Source: Camelus dromedarius (taxonomy: Eukaryota). From it: 64,000 nucleotides of DNA. Below are positions 63,015-64,000 of the stretch, one piece after another. Position numbers and translations under genes: made by a program. The notes under the pieces were generated by a model. That model saw only the letters and a program-made list of their open reading frames with translations. It was not told the DNA's origin and made no database searches. Position 1 is the stretch's first letter. Each line of letters opens with the position of its first letter. The stretch covers positions 21,888,001 to 21,952,000 of the forward strand of contig NC_087436.1 in the NCBI RefSeq assembly GCF_036321535.1. The letters run 5' to 3'.

Positions 63015-63619
63015 GGGTTATGGTAAGCTTTGTATACTTAGCGTAATTCCAGGACATTCCATTATTAAGTCAAAGGCTGGGCTGGGATTTACGCAACCGT
63101 CGCACACTCGCAGTAGAGGATGTCTATGGAAGGGGCTGGTGTTGGTGCCATGGCCTGTTTTTTCACCCTCAGCCTATGCCTACCTCTGTTTCCATGTCTT
63201 CATCTCCACGAGCTGACAACTCATAACCAGAGTTCCATCAGCTCCGAGTTTAAGCTGCCAGGGCTCTCAGCAAATGATGAATATACATTTTCCAAACTGA
63301 GATCCATTTTAAATGGCTGTAAACAAAAGTTAAAAGAACAGGCCAGGTGCTGGCTTCTTTATTTTTCATGCTTGAGGCCTGACAAATTATAGGTGCCTAA
63401 TAGTTGTTTGCTCTGTGCATGGATGACATCTGGGTCTCCCTTTTCATGGTTGTTCAGCTGCGTCAGAATGACGGTGACTCTTCTCTGGGAAGTCCACAGG
63501 AAAGCAGACACAGTGTTCTGCTGTGTGCAGGATGATTTCTGGGTTTATCCTCTAGAGATATTGGGGCACAGCAGATATATCATGGTCCTACATTCTGTGA
63601 CTGATTTCAATTATCAGTT

Positions 63620-63965
63620 TATTCCACAGCAATTTAATCAGCTAGTACTGAACATTTAGCCTGAGCAAGACACTGTGCCAAGAACTGGGAATAAAAAGAC
63701 AAGTCTCTGTATGCGTCCTGAAGCAGCTCACTATTTCAGAGGGGTCTGACTATACTCATGGCTACAAAACTGTATAATTGATTGGGTGTAAGGCTGTGAA
63801 CATAAAAAAGAAAGATTAATTTATTCGGAGATATTATGGAAGCAGGGTCATGGAAGGTGAGACTAGAATGCTGGGCAGAATTTCGAGAAAACAACGTATG
63901 TGAACAATGTCAGACAATGCAGAGGGGAGAAATAATGTTTCCTTATGTCACCAGTCAGTGAGGGA
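63620..63965 (-). mobile_element. L2 3' region
   Basis: tactgaacatttagcctgagcaagacactgtgccaagaactgggaata...gtcctgaagcagctcacta...cagggtcatggaaggtgagactaga. Confidence 0.65.
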
Positions 63966-64000
63966 TGGTCACAAAATGGCCTTATTCCTTCTCCCTCCAC

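Overview
Mammalian nuclear DNA, very probably camelid (alpaca/llama/camel), inferred from four copies of a tRNA-Ala-derived SINE of the camelid Vic-1 type plus cetartiodactyl-type L1 3' ends. I recognise no host protein-coding exon, RNA gene or CpG island, so the window reads as intronic or intergenic. It contains many interspersed repeats: a decayed, near-full-length L1 (3765-9088, minus), other L1 fragments, L2, MIR, MaLR/ERV LTRs and DNA transposons (Charlie1, Tigger1, MER5/20/58, MER2-like). The only ORF-track entries I recognise as real protein are L1 ORF1p/ORF2p and Tigger1 remnants. I found no evidence of a new multi-gene biological system. The most interesting structures are: a solo ERV LTR with an intact promoter (8 phased CCAAT boxes, octamer, TATA, polyA); a young L1 nested in a SINE tail with two nested target-site duplications; an opposite-strand L1 patch replacing part of the large L1; a twin-priming-type inversion in an old L1MC; an unclassified ~150 bp element with terminal inverted repeats; and a few splice-site-bounded candidate exons. 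Repeat family names come from recalled consensus sequences, not a database search, and boundaries of old repeats are approximate.
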